NCBI GenBank assembly: GCA_000025185.1
Contig: CP001848.1
Coordinates: 2,700,001 to 2,732,000 of the forward strand
From: Pirellula staleyi DSM 6068
GTDB taxonomy: Bacteria; Planctomycetota; Planctomycetia; Pirellulales; Pirellulaceae
Reading direction: 5' to 3'
Length of the DNA: 32,000 nucleotides
Under the pieces are notes generated by a model. The model was not told the DNA's origin. It worked only from the letters and a program-made list of their open reading frames with translations, and did no database searches. The first letter of the stretch is position 1; every line of letters begins with the position of its first letter. The position numbers and the translations under genes were made by a program. Shown here one piece after another: positions 9,068-18,276 of this stretch.

Positions 9068-9475
9068 ATGCATTGCTTTGTGATCTTGCGGCACGAGATG
9101 CCCGAGCGTGATGGGCGGACTTCGCACTTCGATCTGCTGCTCGAAGAAGAATCGAACGCGCGTTCGTTTGCACTCGACGAACTTCCGTCGGAAGAAGCTG
9201 GCGTGCATGCGATATCGCTCGAGCCTCATCGCCTCCACTACCTCGATTACGAAGGGGAAGTCTCGGGTGGCCGGGGGACTGTTACCCGCATTGATCGAGG
9301 CCAATATCGTCTGATTCAAGACGATGAAGAGATGATCATCGTGCGGCTCGATGGAACGGTCTATCACGGCATGCTCGCCATCGAGCGCGATCGAACGAAA
9401 GAGGGGCCTTACGAACATTTTCTCGTCAGCTTCGAGACGCTCGAGCGCCATTCACCTGCCGAGAGTTCCCTCTAG
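9068..9475 (+). CDS. stand-alone LigD_N / DNA ligase D 3'-phosphoesterase-like domain protein
   Basis: MHCFVILRHEMPERDGRTSHFDLLLEE...LEPHRLHYLDYEGEVSGGRGTVTRIDRGQY fits the LigD_N pattern FV.Q.H....HyD.rLE...dH...Y..fEG.i....G.V...D.G.y. The start is either ATG 9068 or TTG 9056. Confidence 0.7.
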   Translation: MHCFVILRHEMPERDGRTSHFDLLLEEESNARSFALDELPSEEAGVHAISLEPHRLHYLDYEGEVSGGRGTVTRIDRGQYRLIQDDEEMIIVRLDGTVYHGMLAIERDRTKEGPYEHFLVSFETLERHSPAESSL

Positions 9476-9496
9476 CAGCGAAAGCGATTCGAACTT

Positions 9497-10240
9497 TTAG
9501 TTCGGCGGAGTTTCGTCGAGCGTACGACCACTGATGATGATCTCACCTTCGGTCAGCACGATGCCGGTCAGCTCGATCTGCGGCTGATCGTGCGGAATCA
9601 CGCTCCGCAGATCAATGATGGCGACCGGGTCTCCTTGCGTTTCGTCCCAGCGCAACACAACACCATGCTCGGCGGCTGCGCGCGTAATCTGATCGAGCAC
9701 CTTCCGCATCGGTACACGCATGACGCCGAGCCGAACTGCTAACAGTCGCACAGCCAGTTCGTGGGGAACCTGCGTAACAAACGGCTCGGCCTCGATCGAG
9801 ACAATGGAGTTGGTGCCAGCCACTTTCGCACGGGCCGCGGCAAAGGCTCGATCCTCCTCGATCGCCACACGCGGCTGAGAAACGTCGGGCGGAAGCGAAT
9901 CGGGAAACTTCACCGGCAAGTCGACCTTCAGCCAACTGTTGATCTGATCGTCGGAGAGCCGCAACTCCCAGTTGCCATCGTGCCGCAGCTTGCTACTGAG
10001 ATCGAGAATCTCGCGTTCCAGCTCATCGGCGTTTTGCTTCAGCACTTCTGGTTCAAGAACCACTTCTGCTTCGGCATAGAACTCCGGAACGGTTTGCGAC
10101 TGCAGGTAGGCTATCACCGTGGCGGCAATGATCAGCAAAGCGGCTGTCGCAGACAACCACAGCAGCGCTTGAGCCCACCACTTCATACGACCGACCAGCG
10201 AGTGCCGCGAGAACAGGCTGAACTCAACTGGATTGTTCAT
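9497..10240 (-). CDS. membrane-anchored hypothetical protein, 247 aa
   Basis: The ORF has one N-terminal TM helix (WAQALLWLSATAALLIIAATVIAYL) followed by a soluble domain. It lies 46 nt downstream of the 10287..10952 gene on the same strand, so the two are probably co-transcribed. Confidence 0.65.
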   Translation of the reverse strand: MNNPVEFSLFSRHSLVGRMKWWAQALLWLSATAALLIIAATVIAYLQSQTVPEFYAEAEVVLEPEVLKQNADELEREILDLSSKLRHDGNWELRLSDDQINSWLKVDLPVKFPDSLPPDVSQPRVAIEEDRAFAAARAKVAGTNSIVSIEAEPFVTQVPHELAVRLLAVRLGVMRVPMRKVLDQITRAAAEHGVVLRWDETQGDPVAIIDLRSVIPHDQPQIELTGIVLTEGEIIISGRTLDETPPN

Positions 10241-10286
10241 GGGGAGCGGTCCACGATGGATCTCAAGCGACGTTGCTTCGTACGTC

Positions 10287-10952
10287 TCAACGCGCCGGGG
10301 GATTGGATTGACGCCAACGTGTCACTTCAGCGAGCACCGTTTCGGCTGCCAGCAGCGGATCTGGACTCACTGCTTCAAATTGTCGCGTATAGGGACTCTG
10401 CGGAGCCAGCAGAACTTCGCAGTGAAAGCGATAATTCTCGGTACCTTCCACCACATGCAGCACCAGCGACTGGGCTCCCATTAGTTCCAAAGCTTCGCGA
10501 ATTTGCGCTAGCTGGGCCAAAATCTCTTCGCCAAACGGAGAAGGGGGAGCCGGGCTCGGGGAGTTTTCGAGGCCACCATCGCCATACACATCGGGGGGGC
10601 CGACGGGGGGCTGATTGGTCTCTGCAGCGCCGCGGCTGCCGAGTCGTGGGCCAGGTCCAAAGGTGGGTGGCAAGTCGCTCTGCCACGCTGCTTGTTCAGG
10701 TGTTGGGCCCGACGACTCCGGGGCAAACAGCGGCGCGTTGAAGCTCGCGGGGCTCGCGCCAACGTCGCCGTACGGGGTGGCTGTTCCGCCAGCAGCAGGG
10801 GCGGTAGCGCCATCGCCGACAATCGTTTTTTCTTCGCCGTAAAGAAACCGGTTGGCCAGTTCGCTCACCTTCGGGAGCGCTAGTACCGGCAACGCAATAA
10901 TAAATCCGATCAAAAAGATCGCACGTACCGTTAGTCCAGTCAGTCGAAACAT
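10287..10952 (-). CDS. membrane-anchored hypothetical protein with Pro/Gly-rich linker
   Basis: The ORF is 10287..11045. I prefer ATG 10952 (MFRLTGLTVRAIFLIGFIIALPVLALP, a TM/signal anchor; GGAGA upstream). It has a low-complexity middle and a structured C-terminus (EEILAQLAQIREALELMGAQSLVLHVVEG...). Confidence 0.6.
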   Translation of the reverse strand: MFRLTGLTVRAIFLIGFIIALPVLALPKVSELANRFLYGEEKTIVGDGATAPAAGGTATPYGDVGASPASFNAPLFAPESSGPTPEQAAWQSDLPPTFGPGPRLGSRGAAETNQPPVGPPDVYGDGGLENSPSPAPPSPFGEEILAQLAQIREALELMGAQSLVLHVVEGTENYRFHCEVLLAPQSPYTRQFEAVSPDPLLAAETVLAEVTRWRQSNPPAR

Positions 10953-11241
10953 CGCAAACAGTCTCCAGGGTGGCGTTTCTGCGCCAGGCGTTCGGAGTGT
11001 ACTGGCCCCGGCAGACCAGAGAAAGGCGAAAACCGTCGCCAGCACTCACTGCTAGCATGCAATTTGTGCGAACGATGCCACCCATCGTGAGACCAGCCCG
11101 CCTCCACTTCCCAGGGAAAGGTTGCGAGAGCCGGTTCCCTTGTCTCATAATGCAAGGAAGTCAGTTTGGCCTTGGAAACGATTGTATACCAAGCTGCCGG
11201 TGAGCAACTCACAGGCAGCCTCCTCTGTAGGAACGTTCGAC

Positions 11242-12009
11242 GTGAGCACGACCCCGAAGACAACTCGAAAAGCTCCGAGCTCCTCGTGGCGGTTGATACA
11301 GCGCATCCTCATCGGCCTTGGAATCGTCGTTTTTTTGGGGGTGGTCGGAATCTATGTCACCCTTCAGTTCGGCACCCAATCGGGGATCGAGTTTTGCCCG
11401 CAGACCTTCGAGCAACGTGCCTATTCGCAGATCAAAATTCCGCTGATCGGGATTGCCGTCAGCCAAAGGCACTACAGCGATGTCAGCAGCGCTTTTCAGG
11501 CGTTCGTCAAAACAAAAACCTACCTCCCCTTCGTGCCTGTGAACGCCAAAGTGTGGCAGGTAGTTCACGGCCAAAGTGGCCCGTTTGTGACAGCGCATTC
11601 CGACTGCGAGATCTTGCTCCGCTATTTCACGGCTCTCGATTCCAATAAACAGTCGGTTTGGGAGCAGTGGTCAGAAGCGCATCCCGAGCTCGCCAAAAAG
11701 TTTTGGCCTGTCGTCTCGAAGATGGCCGAAAACGACCTCTACATCCAAATCCCTGACATCATGGATCTGGCCCAGGATCAGGCTACTCTGGGAGTGAAAG
11801 AGTTCGAGGCCCAGCTTGGGAGCGAACTCGCCCGCATCTTGCTGGAAGAGGCATTGCTGTTGCAGGAGTACGAAGATCACGCTGCCGCGATCCAACTGCT
11901 CAAAGAAGGACTTCTCTACACGCCGGATAACGCTGCCATGAAAAAGGCCCTGGATGTTTCCCAGGCCGCAATCGGCGAGCAGAAAACCGAGGCCACCAAA
12001 AAGTCGTAG
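11242..12009 (+). CDS. membrane-anchored hypothetical protein with helical, TPR-like C-terminus
   Basis: The ORF is open from TTG 11122. I favour GTG 11242 (TAGGAA 8 nt upstream), giving VSTTPKTTRKAPSSSWRLIQRILIGLGIVVFLGVVGIYVTL (one TM). The start is uncertain; the stop at 12009 is firm. Confidence 0.6.
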   Translation: MSTTPKTTRKAPSSSWRLIQRILIGLGIVVFLGVVGIYVTLQFGTQSGIEFCPQTFEQRAYSQIKIPLIGIAVSQRHYSDVSSAFQAFVKTKTYLPFVPVNAKVWQVVHGQSGPFVTAHSDCEILLRYFTALDSNKQSVWEQWSEAHPELAKKFWPVVSKMAENDLYIQIPDIMDLAQDQATLGVKEFEAQLGSELARILLEEALLLQEYEDHAAAIQLLKEGLLYTPDNAAMKKALDVSQAAIGEQKTEATKKS

Positions 12010-12079
12010 CCTGCGGTTGGTTGGCTGGGAACGCGCGAGTATTTAAGCATCAAAGTTTCGAGCGTCGACGCTTCACTGA

Positions 12080-13222
12080 TTACGAAGCGGTGCGCGAGGC
12101 AATGAGCGAGTCGAGCTCGGCCTGCAAGCGAGGCAGGATAGCATCGTAGGCATATTGCCCCAGTTCTGTGCTTCCGCGCTTCAGGTTCACAAAGTTCGGA
12201 CCGCACCACAGTCCCAGATCGGCGTCGTCGGTTTCGCCGGGACCATTCACGCGGCAGCCCATCACCGCAATGGTGAGAGAATGTTGCTCGGCATAGCGAG
12301 TCATTTCTTTCACCTGCTGTGCCAGTTCGATGAATGCCTGATTCTCGACCCGCGAACAGCTAGGGCACGAGATAATGTTCAGTGTTTTCAGACCGTAGTC
12401 GACCACACTCCGCACACGCCCGGCGGCGATATCGGCGAGAATTTGCCGACCGGCGGAAATCTCATCTTTTTTGCGGTCGTTAGGCACGGTCAGCGAAACG
12501 CGAATCGTGTCCCCAATGCCGCGGCCAATCAGCTGTTCAAACGCAATGCGTGTTTTGATGATGCCGTCGGGTGGAAGGCCAGCTTCCGTCACACCCAAGT
12601 GCAGCGGCACATCGGGACGCATTTCGGCGAACCGCTTGTTCACTTCGACCACTTTTTTGGGATCGCTATCTTTCAGCGACACGTTGTAGCGCGTAAAGCC
12701 GATCGAATCGAGCAGATCGCAATGTTCCTTCGCGCTTTCGAGCATCGGCGTGATCGAATCGTGCGGGTCGAACATCTCTTTTTTCGCGGGATCGACACTT
12801 CCGCAGTTCACACCGACGCGCATCGCGCAGTCGTTATCGATGGCCACTTGTGCCAGATAGCGGACCTTCTCTTGCCACGGCTTATGCGTTTCGTGGTGGT
12901 AAAGATGGCCAGGGTTGTAGCGAACTTTGTCGACATGCGGCGCCACGAGTTCCGCCAGGCGGTAGTTCTCTTGCAGGTCGACTGACAAGTTGGCTTTCGT
13001 TTGCTTACGAATTTCAGCAAGGGCCTCGGCGTCTTTTTTGCTATCAACAGCGATACGCACCACGTCGGCGCCGTTCTCATACAGGTCGTTCACGAGCGCG
13101 ACAGTGCCGTCGATATCTTGCGTGTGGGTGGCGGTCATGCTTTGCACCGCGATCGGATGCCCCGAACCAATGGTGCAACTACCGATACGAACACTGCGGG
13201 TCGGATTACGCTGAATCTGCAC
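12080..13222 (-). CDS. ispG: 4-hydroxy-3-methylbut-2-en-1-yl diphosphate synthase (MEP pathway)
   Basis: 380 aa. [30 protein letters not shown]...VDVVRIAV...ISCPSCSRV...[11 protein letters not shown] shows full-length IspG/GcpE hallmarks, including the three [4Fe-4S] Cys. Confidence 0.95.
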   Translation of the reverse strand: MQIQRNPTRSVRIGSCTIGSGHPIAVQSMTATHTQDIDGTVALVNDLYENGADVVRIAVDSKKDAEALAEIRKQTKANLSVDLQENYRLAELVAPHVDKVRYNPGHLYHHETHKPWQEKVRYLAQVAIDNDCAMRVGVNCGSVDPAKKEMFDPHDSITPMLESAKEHCDLLDSIGFTRYNVSLKDSDPKKVVEVNKRFAEMRPDVPLHLGVTEAGLPPDGIIKTRIAFEQLIGRGIGDTIRVSLTVPNDRKKDEISAGRQILADIAAGRVRSVVDYGLKTLNIISCPSCSRVENQAFIELAQQVKEMTRYAEQHSLTIAVMGCRVNGPGETDDADLGLWCGPNFVNLKRGSTELGQYAYDAILPRLQAELDSLIASRTAS

Positions 13223-13377
13223 GGTCGCTACTTTCGACTAAAAGGGGCATCGACTTCCGGTTCGACACCAAGGCAAAACGTTCATTCCCTATTTTGTGAA
13301 ACCGCACTCCGCCCCGCAATGTCACTAGCCAAGGTGGTTGGCCGCACGTTTTCGAGCGATTGGCGGTTAAACCTGCA

Positions 13378-14337
13378 TCACGCGAGATCATCGGGGGGAG
13401 GAACGCCTGGGATATCCTTGCCGTAGAACCGCGTGATGTCGATTCCACTCTTCCCCTCGTCTTCGAGGAGCTTAATGCGGGCCTCGAGACGCTCGATCTT
13501 CAGCTGCAGCATCGGCAGGGCATTCACATTTTCGTCGATTTTGGGTGGTCGTGGGACGGGGGGATAGCCCAGGTGTCGCTGCAGCGCGGCAAACAGGTAG
13601 AGCGGATCTTTTTGGCGGTTCGCCCAGGCAATTTTCCCTTCCTTCTCCCCAAACAAGATCGGTTTTTCGGGAGCGGTGGGTGTTTCGCCCGGTCGCATCT
13701 GGCGGTCGTAATAGTGCTGACTCCGGACAAAAATCATGTCCGCAAAATCAACCAGCCCCACTTGGCGGCGCACGGTGAGGATCCATTCTCGCCAGTCGTC
13801 GTTGAAGATGGGGTCGTCGGCCATGGCGCCGAGACCCGGATCGTATCGCAGGCGGCTCCGGCAAAGGCACTCAAACTGATACATGAACACAGCTTGCGGC
13901 TGCGACGGAAGTCCCTCGGAGCGCCCCAGATAGTCGGCCAGTTGCTGCAGAATTCGGACGGCCACGCGCATGTCGAACCGGCCTCGCTCCGCTTCTGCTT
14001 CGTTCACGACGTACGTCTGAAACGGGGTGAAATAGTGGGGGAGCCGCGCCATCGCCAGCCCGATGCTTCCGGAGTGCTTCAGCTCGGCGAGCATGAAGTC
14101 GATGGCCATCGGAAGTCGTGTCGTGCTCAGGAGTTCGTGTCGCAGCTGTCCGAGCAACTCCTGGAGCGGAATATTCTCGGGCAAACGCTCGACGAGTCCC
14201 CGAAACAGGTGTGCCTGTTCGACATACTCCTCGCGCGCCAGGAGTTGTGTGCTGCGCCGCGTGTTTTTTTTCGACTCGCCTGAACTTCCCAAGCGTCGTT
14301 CCTCTCTGTGCTCGAGACAATCGACTCCTGCCGCCAC
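13378..14337 (-). CDS. hypothetical protein, about 304-319 aa, no family recognised
   Basis: A long ORF with protein-like composition. The start is ambiguous: GTG 14337, or TTG 14292 preceded by GAGAGGA 7 nt upstream. It is divergent from ribBA. Confidence 0.7.
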   Translation of the reverse strand: MAAGVDCLEHREERRLGSSGESKKNTRRSTQLLAREEYVEQAHLFRGLVERLPENIPLQELLGQLRHELLSTTRLPMAIDFMLAELKHSGSIGLAMARLPHYFTPFQTYVVNEAEAERGRFDMRVAVRILQQLADYLGRSEGLPSQPQAVFMYQFECLCRSRLRYDPGLGAMADDPIFNDDWREWILTVRRQVGLVDFADMIFVRSQHYYDRQMRPGETPTAPEKPILFGEKEGKIAWANRQKDPLYLFAALQRHLGYPPVPRPPKIDENVNALPMLQLKIERLEARIKLLEDEGKSGIDITRFYGKDIPGVPPPDDLA

Positions 14338-14457
14338 TTTGCCTCGCCTTCTATACTAACAGAGATAAGCTCGGCGGTCAGTTTCGAACCTGAGCCGGGC
14401 TTGTGCGGGGCCAACAGGCGGCGTCCTGCAGTTGCGACTGTTTGCGAAGGAGATCCC

Positions 14458-15669
14458 TTGGAAGCTGAATTTTCGACAGTGCCCGAAGCGGTGGATGCCA
14501 TTGCCCGGGGTGAAGTGATCATCGTGGTGGATGCCGAAGATCGCGAGAACGAAGGGGATTTCATCTGCGCAGCCGAGAAAGCGACCCCCGAGCTCGTGAA
14601 CTTCATCCTTTCGGGACGGGGCGAATTCTGCGCACCGATTCTCCCTGATACGGCCCGTCGACTGCAGCTGATTCCGATTGTCGATCTTAATACAGCGCCG
14701 CTGGGAACCGGTTTCTTAACACCCATCGATCATCGCACCGCCAAGACCGGCATTACGGTCGACGAACGGGCCCGCACTGTGCGCGCAATGGCCGACGGAA
14801 CGAGCCTCGCCGCTGAATTCGTCCGTCCCGGGCATGTTCATCCGCTGCTCGCTAAAGAAGGTGGCGTGCTCCGCCGAGCAGGGCACACCGAAGCGGCTGT
14901 CGACCTCTGCCGCATGGCAGGTTGTGCGCCAGTCGGTGTGTTGTGCGAAATTCTCGACGACAGTGGCGAGCGGGCCACCCGCGAGCAACTCCTCGAGCTT
15001 GCTAAAAAACATTCGCTCAAAATCATCTCGATCGAACAGCTGATCGCGCATCGTCGCGTGAGTGAAAAGCTGGTGACACGGATCGCTCAGGCACAAATTC
15101 CGACCGGACAATTTGGCGACTTCACGATCATTGCTTACGAAGTGAAATTCGAAACGCAAACGCCCGTTGTGCTGGTGAAAGGGGACCTGACGAGTGTCGA
15201 AGCGCCGCTGGTACGCCTCCATTCGAGCTGCTTCACAGGCGACTTGCTCGACTCGCTCCGCTGCGATTGCGGCGATCAGCTGAAGAAGGCGCTCGAAATG
15301 ATCCGCGATGAAAAAGTGGGTGTGCTCGTCTACTTGCCACAAGAAGGGCGAGGGATTGGCCTCGTGGAAAAGATCAAAGCCTACGACCTGCAAGAGCGCG
15401 GGCTCGATACGGTCGAAGCCAACACGGCCCTTGGCTACAAAGCCGACATGCGCGACTATGGAGTGGGCATTCAGATCCTCAAGGACCTGGGGCTGTCCAA
15501 GGTCCGGCTGATGACGAATAACCCCAAAAAGACCGACGCCTTTATCTATGGCGGCTTCAGTCTGGAAGTGGTCGATCAGGTTCCGATTATCACCGAATCC
15601 AACCCCCACAACGCCAAGTATCTTGCTACCAAACGCGACAAAATGGGGCACAAACTGCCGACCGAATAA
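14458..15669 (+). CDS. ribBA: bifunctional 3,4-dihydroxy-2-butanone-4-phosphate synthase / GTP cyclohydrolase II
   Basis: DHBP synthase motif VVDAEDRENEGDFICAAE, and GCH-II zinc site RLHSSCFTGDLLDSLRCDCG. I place the start at TTG 14458 because a perfect AAGGAG (14447..14452) sits 5 nt upstream. The 50-codon extension to GTG 14308 has no homology-like content. Confidence 0.93.
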   Translation: MEAEFSTVPEAVDAIARGEVIIVVDAEDRENEGDFICAAEKATPELVNFILSGRGEFCAPILPDTARRLQLIPIVDLNTAPLGTGFLTPIDHRTAKTGITVDERARTVRAMADGTSLAAEFVRPGHVHPLLAKEGGVLRRAGHTEAAVDLCRMAGCAPVGVLCEILDDSGERATREQLLELAKKHSLKIISIEQLIAHRRVSEKLVTRIAQAQIPTGQFGDFTIIAYEVKFETQTPVVLVKGDLTSVEAPLVRLHSSCFTGDLLDSLRCDCGDQLKKALEMIRDEKVGVLVYLPQEGRGIGLVEKIKAYDLQERGLDTVEANTALGYKADMRDYGVGIQILKDLGLSKVRLMTNNPKKTDAFIYGGFSLEVVDQVPIITESNPHNAKYLATKRDKMGHKLPTE

Positions 15670-15691
15670 TCGCTGCAAGATAGAACGCAAA

Positions 15692-15726
15692 AGGCCGAAA
15701 TCGCAAGAGAAATGCGATCTTGGCCT
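15692..15726. terminator. hairpin between convergent genes (ribBA and the 15821..16519 gene), possible bidirectional terminator
   Basis: aggccgaaatcgca-agagaaa-tgcgatcttggcct forms a 13-bp stem with one internal mismatch and a 7-nt loop. There is no clean U-tract on either side. Confidence 0.35.
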
Positions 15727-15820
15727 GCGATGGTTTACAAATCTTTCGCTGCTAAATGCGTGCTGAATTTCGCCTCACAAAGTCACTCAAGTCCGCTGAT
15801 GTGAGTGAGTCGATAAGCGA

Positions 15821-16519
15821 CTACTTCTTCACCATCGATGCATCGAGCGAGTAGCAAACGTCTTTGAGTCCCAGCTTGGCCTGCGGATAGCTCAGCTTAA
15901 AGGTGCCAGCCAATTTCATCCGCCGCGTTGAGTAGGCGATGCTTTGCGTCGGATCGGTCACTTTGATCTCGATCATGTCAGTCATTTTCGGCTGACCACC
16001 AAAGCAGCAAGTTCCCATATCAGGGACCAGGATGAAGTGCATCACTTTGCCGGTCGATGAGACGCCGGGGTGCATGTAGCCCTTAATGAAAACTTGCTTG
16101 CCGCTCAGGTCGGCTGCCTTTGGCGGAATCATCAGTTCGGGAACTTCCGGATCGGGCTGCAAGTCCGAGAAGCTGATGCGAACATGATTTTCCGGCACTT
16201 CCGTCATGTACTCATAGATGTGCCACGGAGTGGCGACGAGCAAGGTGAACGCCGAGAGTAGCAGCCCCGCGAGGGCAATCTTTTTGCCGGTGTATTCGTT
16301 CGGGTAGCGGCGAATGGTGGTCAGGCTGGTGAGCGCCAGAACAATGCCGAGCATCGCCAGAGGAAGTAGCGATGGGAACGAGAATCCGAGGAGCGCTAAG
16401 ACACCCACCCCGACCGAAATCACCGCGCTGCGGCTGACGGTGCGATACGGTTCGATCTCTTCCGTTGCGGTGGCTGGAGTTTGATAAGGAGCGTACAGCT
16501 CTTCTTCGCCGGTCGTCAT
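15821..16519 (-). CDS. membrane protein with C-terminal DUF3299-like domain
   Basis: There are three predicted TM helices in the N-terminal half. The C-terminus GKQVFIKGYMHPGVSSTGKVMHFILVPDMGTCCFGGQPKMTDMIEIKV fits the DUF3299 pattern (GfM.P....v..F.L......C.f..P....i.V). Confidence 0.75.
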   Translation of the reverse strand: MTTGEEELYAPYQTPATATEEIEPYRTVSRSAVISVGVGVLALLGFSFPSLLPLAMLGIVLALTSLTTIRRYPNEYTGKKIALAGLLLSAFTLLVATPWHIYEYMTEVPENHVRISFSDLQPDPEVPELMIPPKAADLSGKQVFIKGYMHPGVSSTGKVMHFILVPDMGTCCFGGQPKMTDMIEIKVTDPTQSIAYSTRRMKLAGTFKLSYPQAKLGLKDVCYSLDASMVKK

Positions 16520-16704
16520 CGCGTCACCAGAAAGTTCATGTGCAAGGGAAGCTTCAGACGTGCGCCATGCGGAGTCGCCAACGCCAACAGGCCATCCCTA
16601 GTAATCTCAAATACCCATCATCGGTTGTAACAATCGGCCACGCTAGTTGAGCCCCGATTATTGCCGACTCAAACATCGCAGTTCCGAATTGGCATCGTCC
16701 CAAA

Positions 16705-18276
16705 TTAGCGTCGTCGGAGCAGCGACCACTGCACCACGAACAGAGCGAATGCCACAGCCCATGGTACGCCAAGCAGCCCCCAATGGTTCACAGCGATGGT
16801 GCCAGAAGTTTTCAGGGCAGCTGCTGGGGCGGCACCCAGGTTGGCGGCCACTGTTGTCGGTGGATTATTGCCCGCCGCTGCTGTTTCGAGCACCTCGGAC
16901 GAAACTTCCTCGCGGCTGTTTCCACCCGCCGATGCTGTCGCTTGAGGGGCTTTGCTAATCGCCATTTCTGCTGACGCCGTGCGAACTTGCGACGCATCGT
17001 TGCCACTGGCAACGGCAACGTCCGCCGTGCGAGGCGGATTGGCTCCGGCCAGCTTCGACAGCCGCTCATTCCGTTTTTCGATCCGCGTTGCCTTGTCGGG
17101 AGAAGGGGGAGCTTGCTGCAAGTTAGGGAACTGCGAGAACGCCCGTTTCACCGCTGCTTCATCGATTTTTTCGCAAGACTTCAAGTACTCCGGCCCCTTC
17201 GGTGCAGGGCAGAGTCGGAAGTAGTTCACAATCGGCATTCGGACCCAGCTGTTTGTTTCGTTGGCCGATTCGAAGAGTTTGAAGAGTGTTTCGGCCGATT
17301 CCCAGTCTTCCCAGCGGGCGAGATCTGGAATCACGAGATCGGCGAGATCGGGGCGGGCGAGCATCAAGCGGAGCGACTCAATCAGCCGCGGACGTGCGAT
17401 CACATTCCCTTCCGTGCCGTGAAAGCGGAGGGCCAGGACGGCCGAATACGTATCGGCATAGTCGGCTGAGGCGTTCTTCAGGTACAGATCTTCCACCGCT
17501 GGTAAACCCTTTTCGCCCAGCAGCGTCAGGTAGCAGGCAATCAGCGAATCGAGCCCCGCTTTCTGCTTGCGGTCGGTCGACTTCATGAACCCTTCCAGCA
17601 TCGGTGCGTCGGCTGGACTGCCGCAAATGCCGAGCATCACGAAGTACAAACGACGCCGGCTGCCGGGGATCTCGGGGTTGTTGATCCAGGTCACAATTTG
17701 CTTGTGATCCATCTTGGATTTTAGCTCTTTCACAGCCGCGTACGGAGCGCCAGCAAACTCATCGTAGGCATCGCGTGCGAGCATCTCGTCGGCATCTTCG
17801 AGATGCATCTGCATGAAAGCCAATCGCTCGGCGCCACTGGCAGGAAGCGTGAGGAGTTTCGTGAGGTACTCGATCGCTCGCGGACTGACGGGTAGGGGCG
17901 TCGACCACAGGATCTCTTTGGAAACGAGATTCGGATCGGCCAGTACCCCCGTAATCAGAAACGGTTCGCCCAGCTTACGGTCGCCGAAATAGAGCGTTTC
18001 GACAGAATCGCCAATTTTCACAAGCTCACCACCTTTGATGAGCTGAAGGATTTCAAATTTGGCTTTGGGAGGATCATCCCCCTTGGCTGTCTGCTCGGGA
18101 GCAACGGCTGACAGCTTCGCGATCACCGCCACTTTCATGGCGTTGAATTCTTCCGTGAAGGTCTGTGCCGTAGCGGAGCAAAACGGACAGGCGACCGCCG
18201 ATTCCGCAGGAATTACGAGGGTGACGACCGTCGAGACAAGCATCGCCACGCATAGCAGCGGCTGGGTAAATCTCAT
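16705..18276 (-). CDS. secreted helical-repeat hypothetical protein with CPFC motif and C-terminal TM anchor
   Basis: The ORF extends to 18327, but ATG 18276 (AAGGTG 8 nt upstream) gives MRFTQPLLCVAMLVSTVVTLVIPAESAVACPFC, a signal peptide followed immediately by CxxC. It has a long alpha-helical, HEAT-like middle, a low-complexity Ala/Ser stretch, and a terminal TM (WGLLGVPWAVAFALFVVQWSLLRRR). Confidence 0.75.
   Translation of the reverse strand: MRFTQPLLCVAMLVSTVVTLVIPAESAVACPFCSATAQTFTEEFNAMKVAVIAKLSAVAPEQTAKGDDPPKAKFEILQLIKGGELVKIGDSVETLYFGDRKLGEPFLITGVLADPNLVSKEILWSTPLPVSPRAIEYLTKLLTLPASGAERLAFMQMHLEDADEMLARDAYDEFAGAPYAAVKELKSKMDHKQIVTWINNPEIPGSRRRLYFVMLGICGSPADAPMLEGFMKSTDRKQKAGLDSLIACYLTLLGEKGLPAVEDLYLKNASADYADTYSAVLALRFHGTEGNVIARPRLIESLRLMLARPDLADLVIPDLARWEDWESAETLFKLFESANETNSWVRMPIVNYFRLCPAPKGPEYLKSCEKIDEAAVKRAFSQFPNLQQAPPSPDKATRIEKRNERLSKLAGANPPRTADVAVASGNDASQVRTASAEMAISKAPQATASAGGNSREEVSSEVLETAAAGNNPPTTVAANLGAAPAAALKTSGTIAVNHWGLLGVPWAVAFALFVVQWSLLRRR

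Noticed and set aside
9761-10741. 326-aa + strand ORF
   Set aside because: It spans two minus-strand genes and their intergenic gap, and has low-complexity Arg/Gly/Leu composition, so it is a shadow ORF.
14264-14271. T8/A8 homopolymer near the 5' end of the 13378..14337 gene as a slip-strand phase-variation site
   Set aside because: It simply encodes Lys-Lys-Asn (aaa aaa aac) in frame. There is no evidence of frameshifted copies, and phase variation is not expected for this core-genome context.
14383-14392. 10-nt match (ttcgaacctg) to the T-arm of the tRNA-Arg gene, considered as a possible att-site or tRNA fragment
   Set aside because: The match does not extend, the flanks do not fold as a tRNA, and no integrase or foreign-looking genes lie between it and the tRNA. 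A 10-mer match is within chance expectation at this scale.
14338-14457. Possible FMN (RFN) riboswitch upstream of ribBA
   Set aside because: The spacer is only about 120 nt and is shared with a divergent gene. It lacks the conserved RFN cores (GGGUGAAAUUCCC, GGAUGGGAG). Only a fortuitous cggcggt is present. A cmscan with RF00050 would settle it.
12155-15690. Long ORFs 12155..12985 (+), 13360..14283 (+) and 14716..15690 (-)
   Set aside because: Each lies exactly opposite a confidently assigned gene (ispG, the 319-aa hypothetical, ribBA) and lacks protein-like features.
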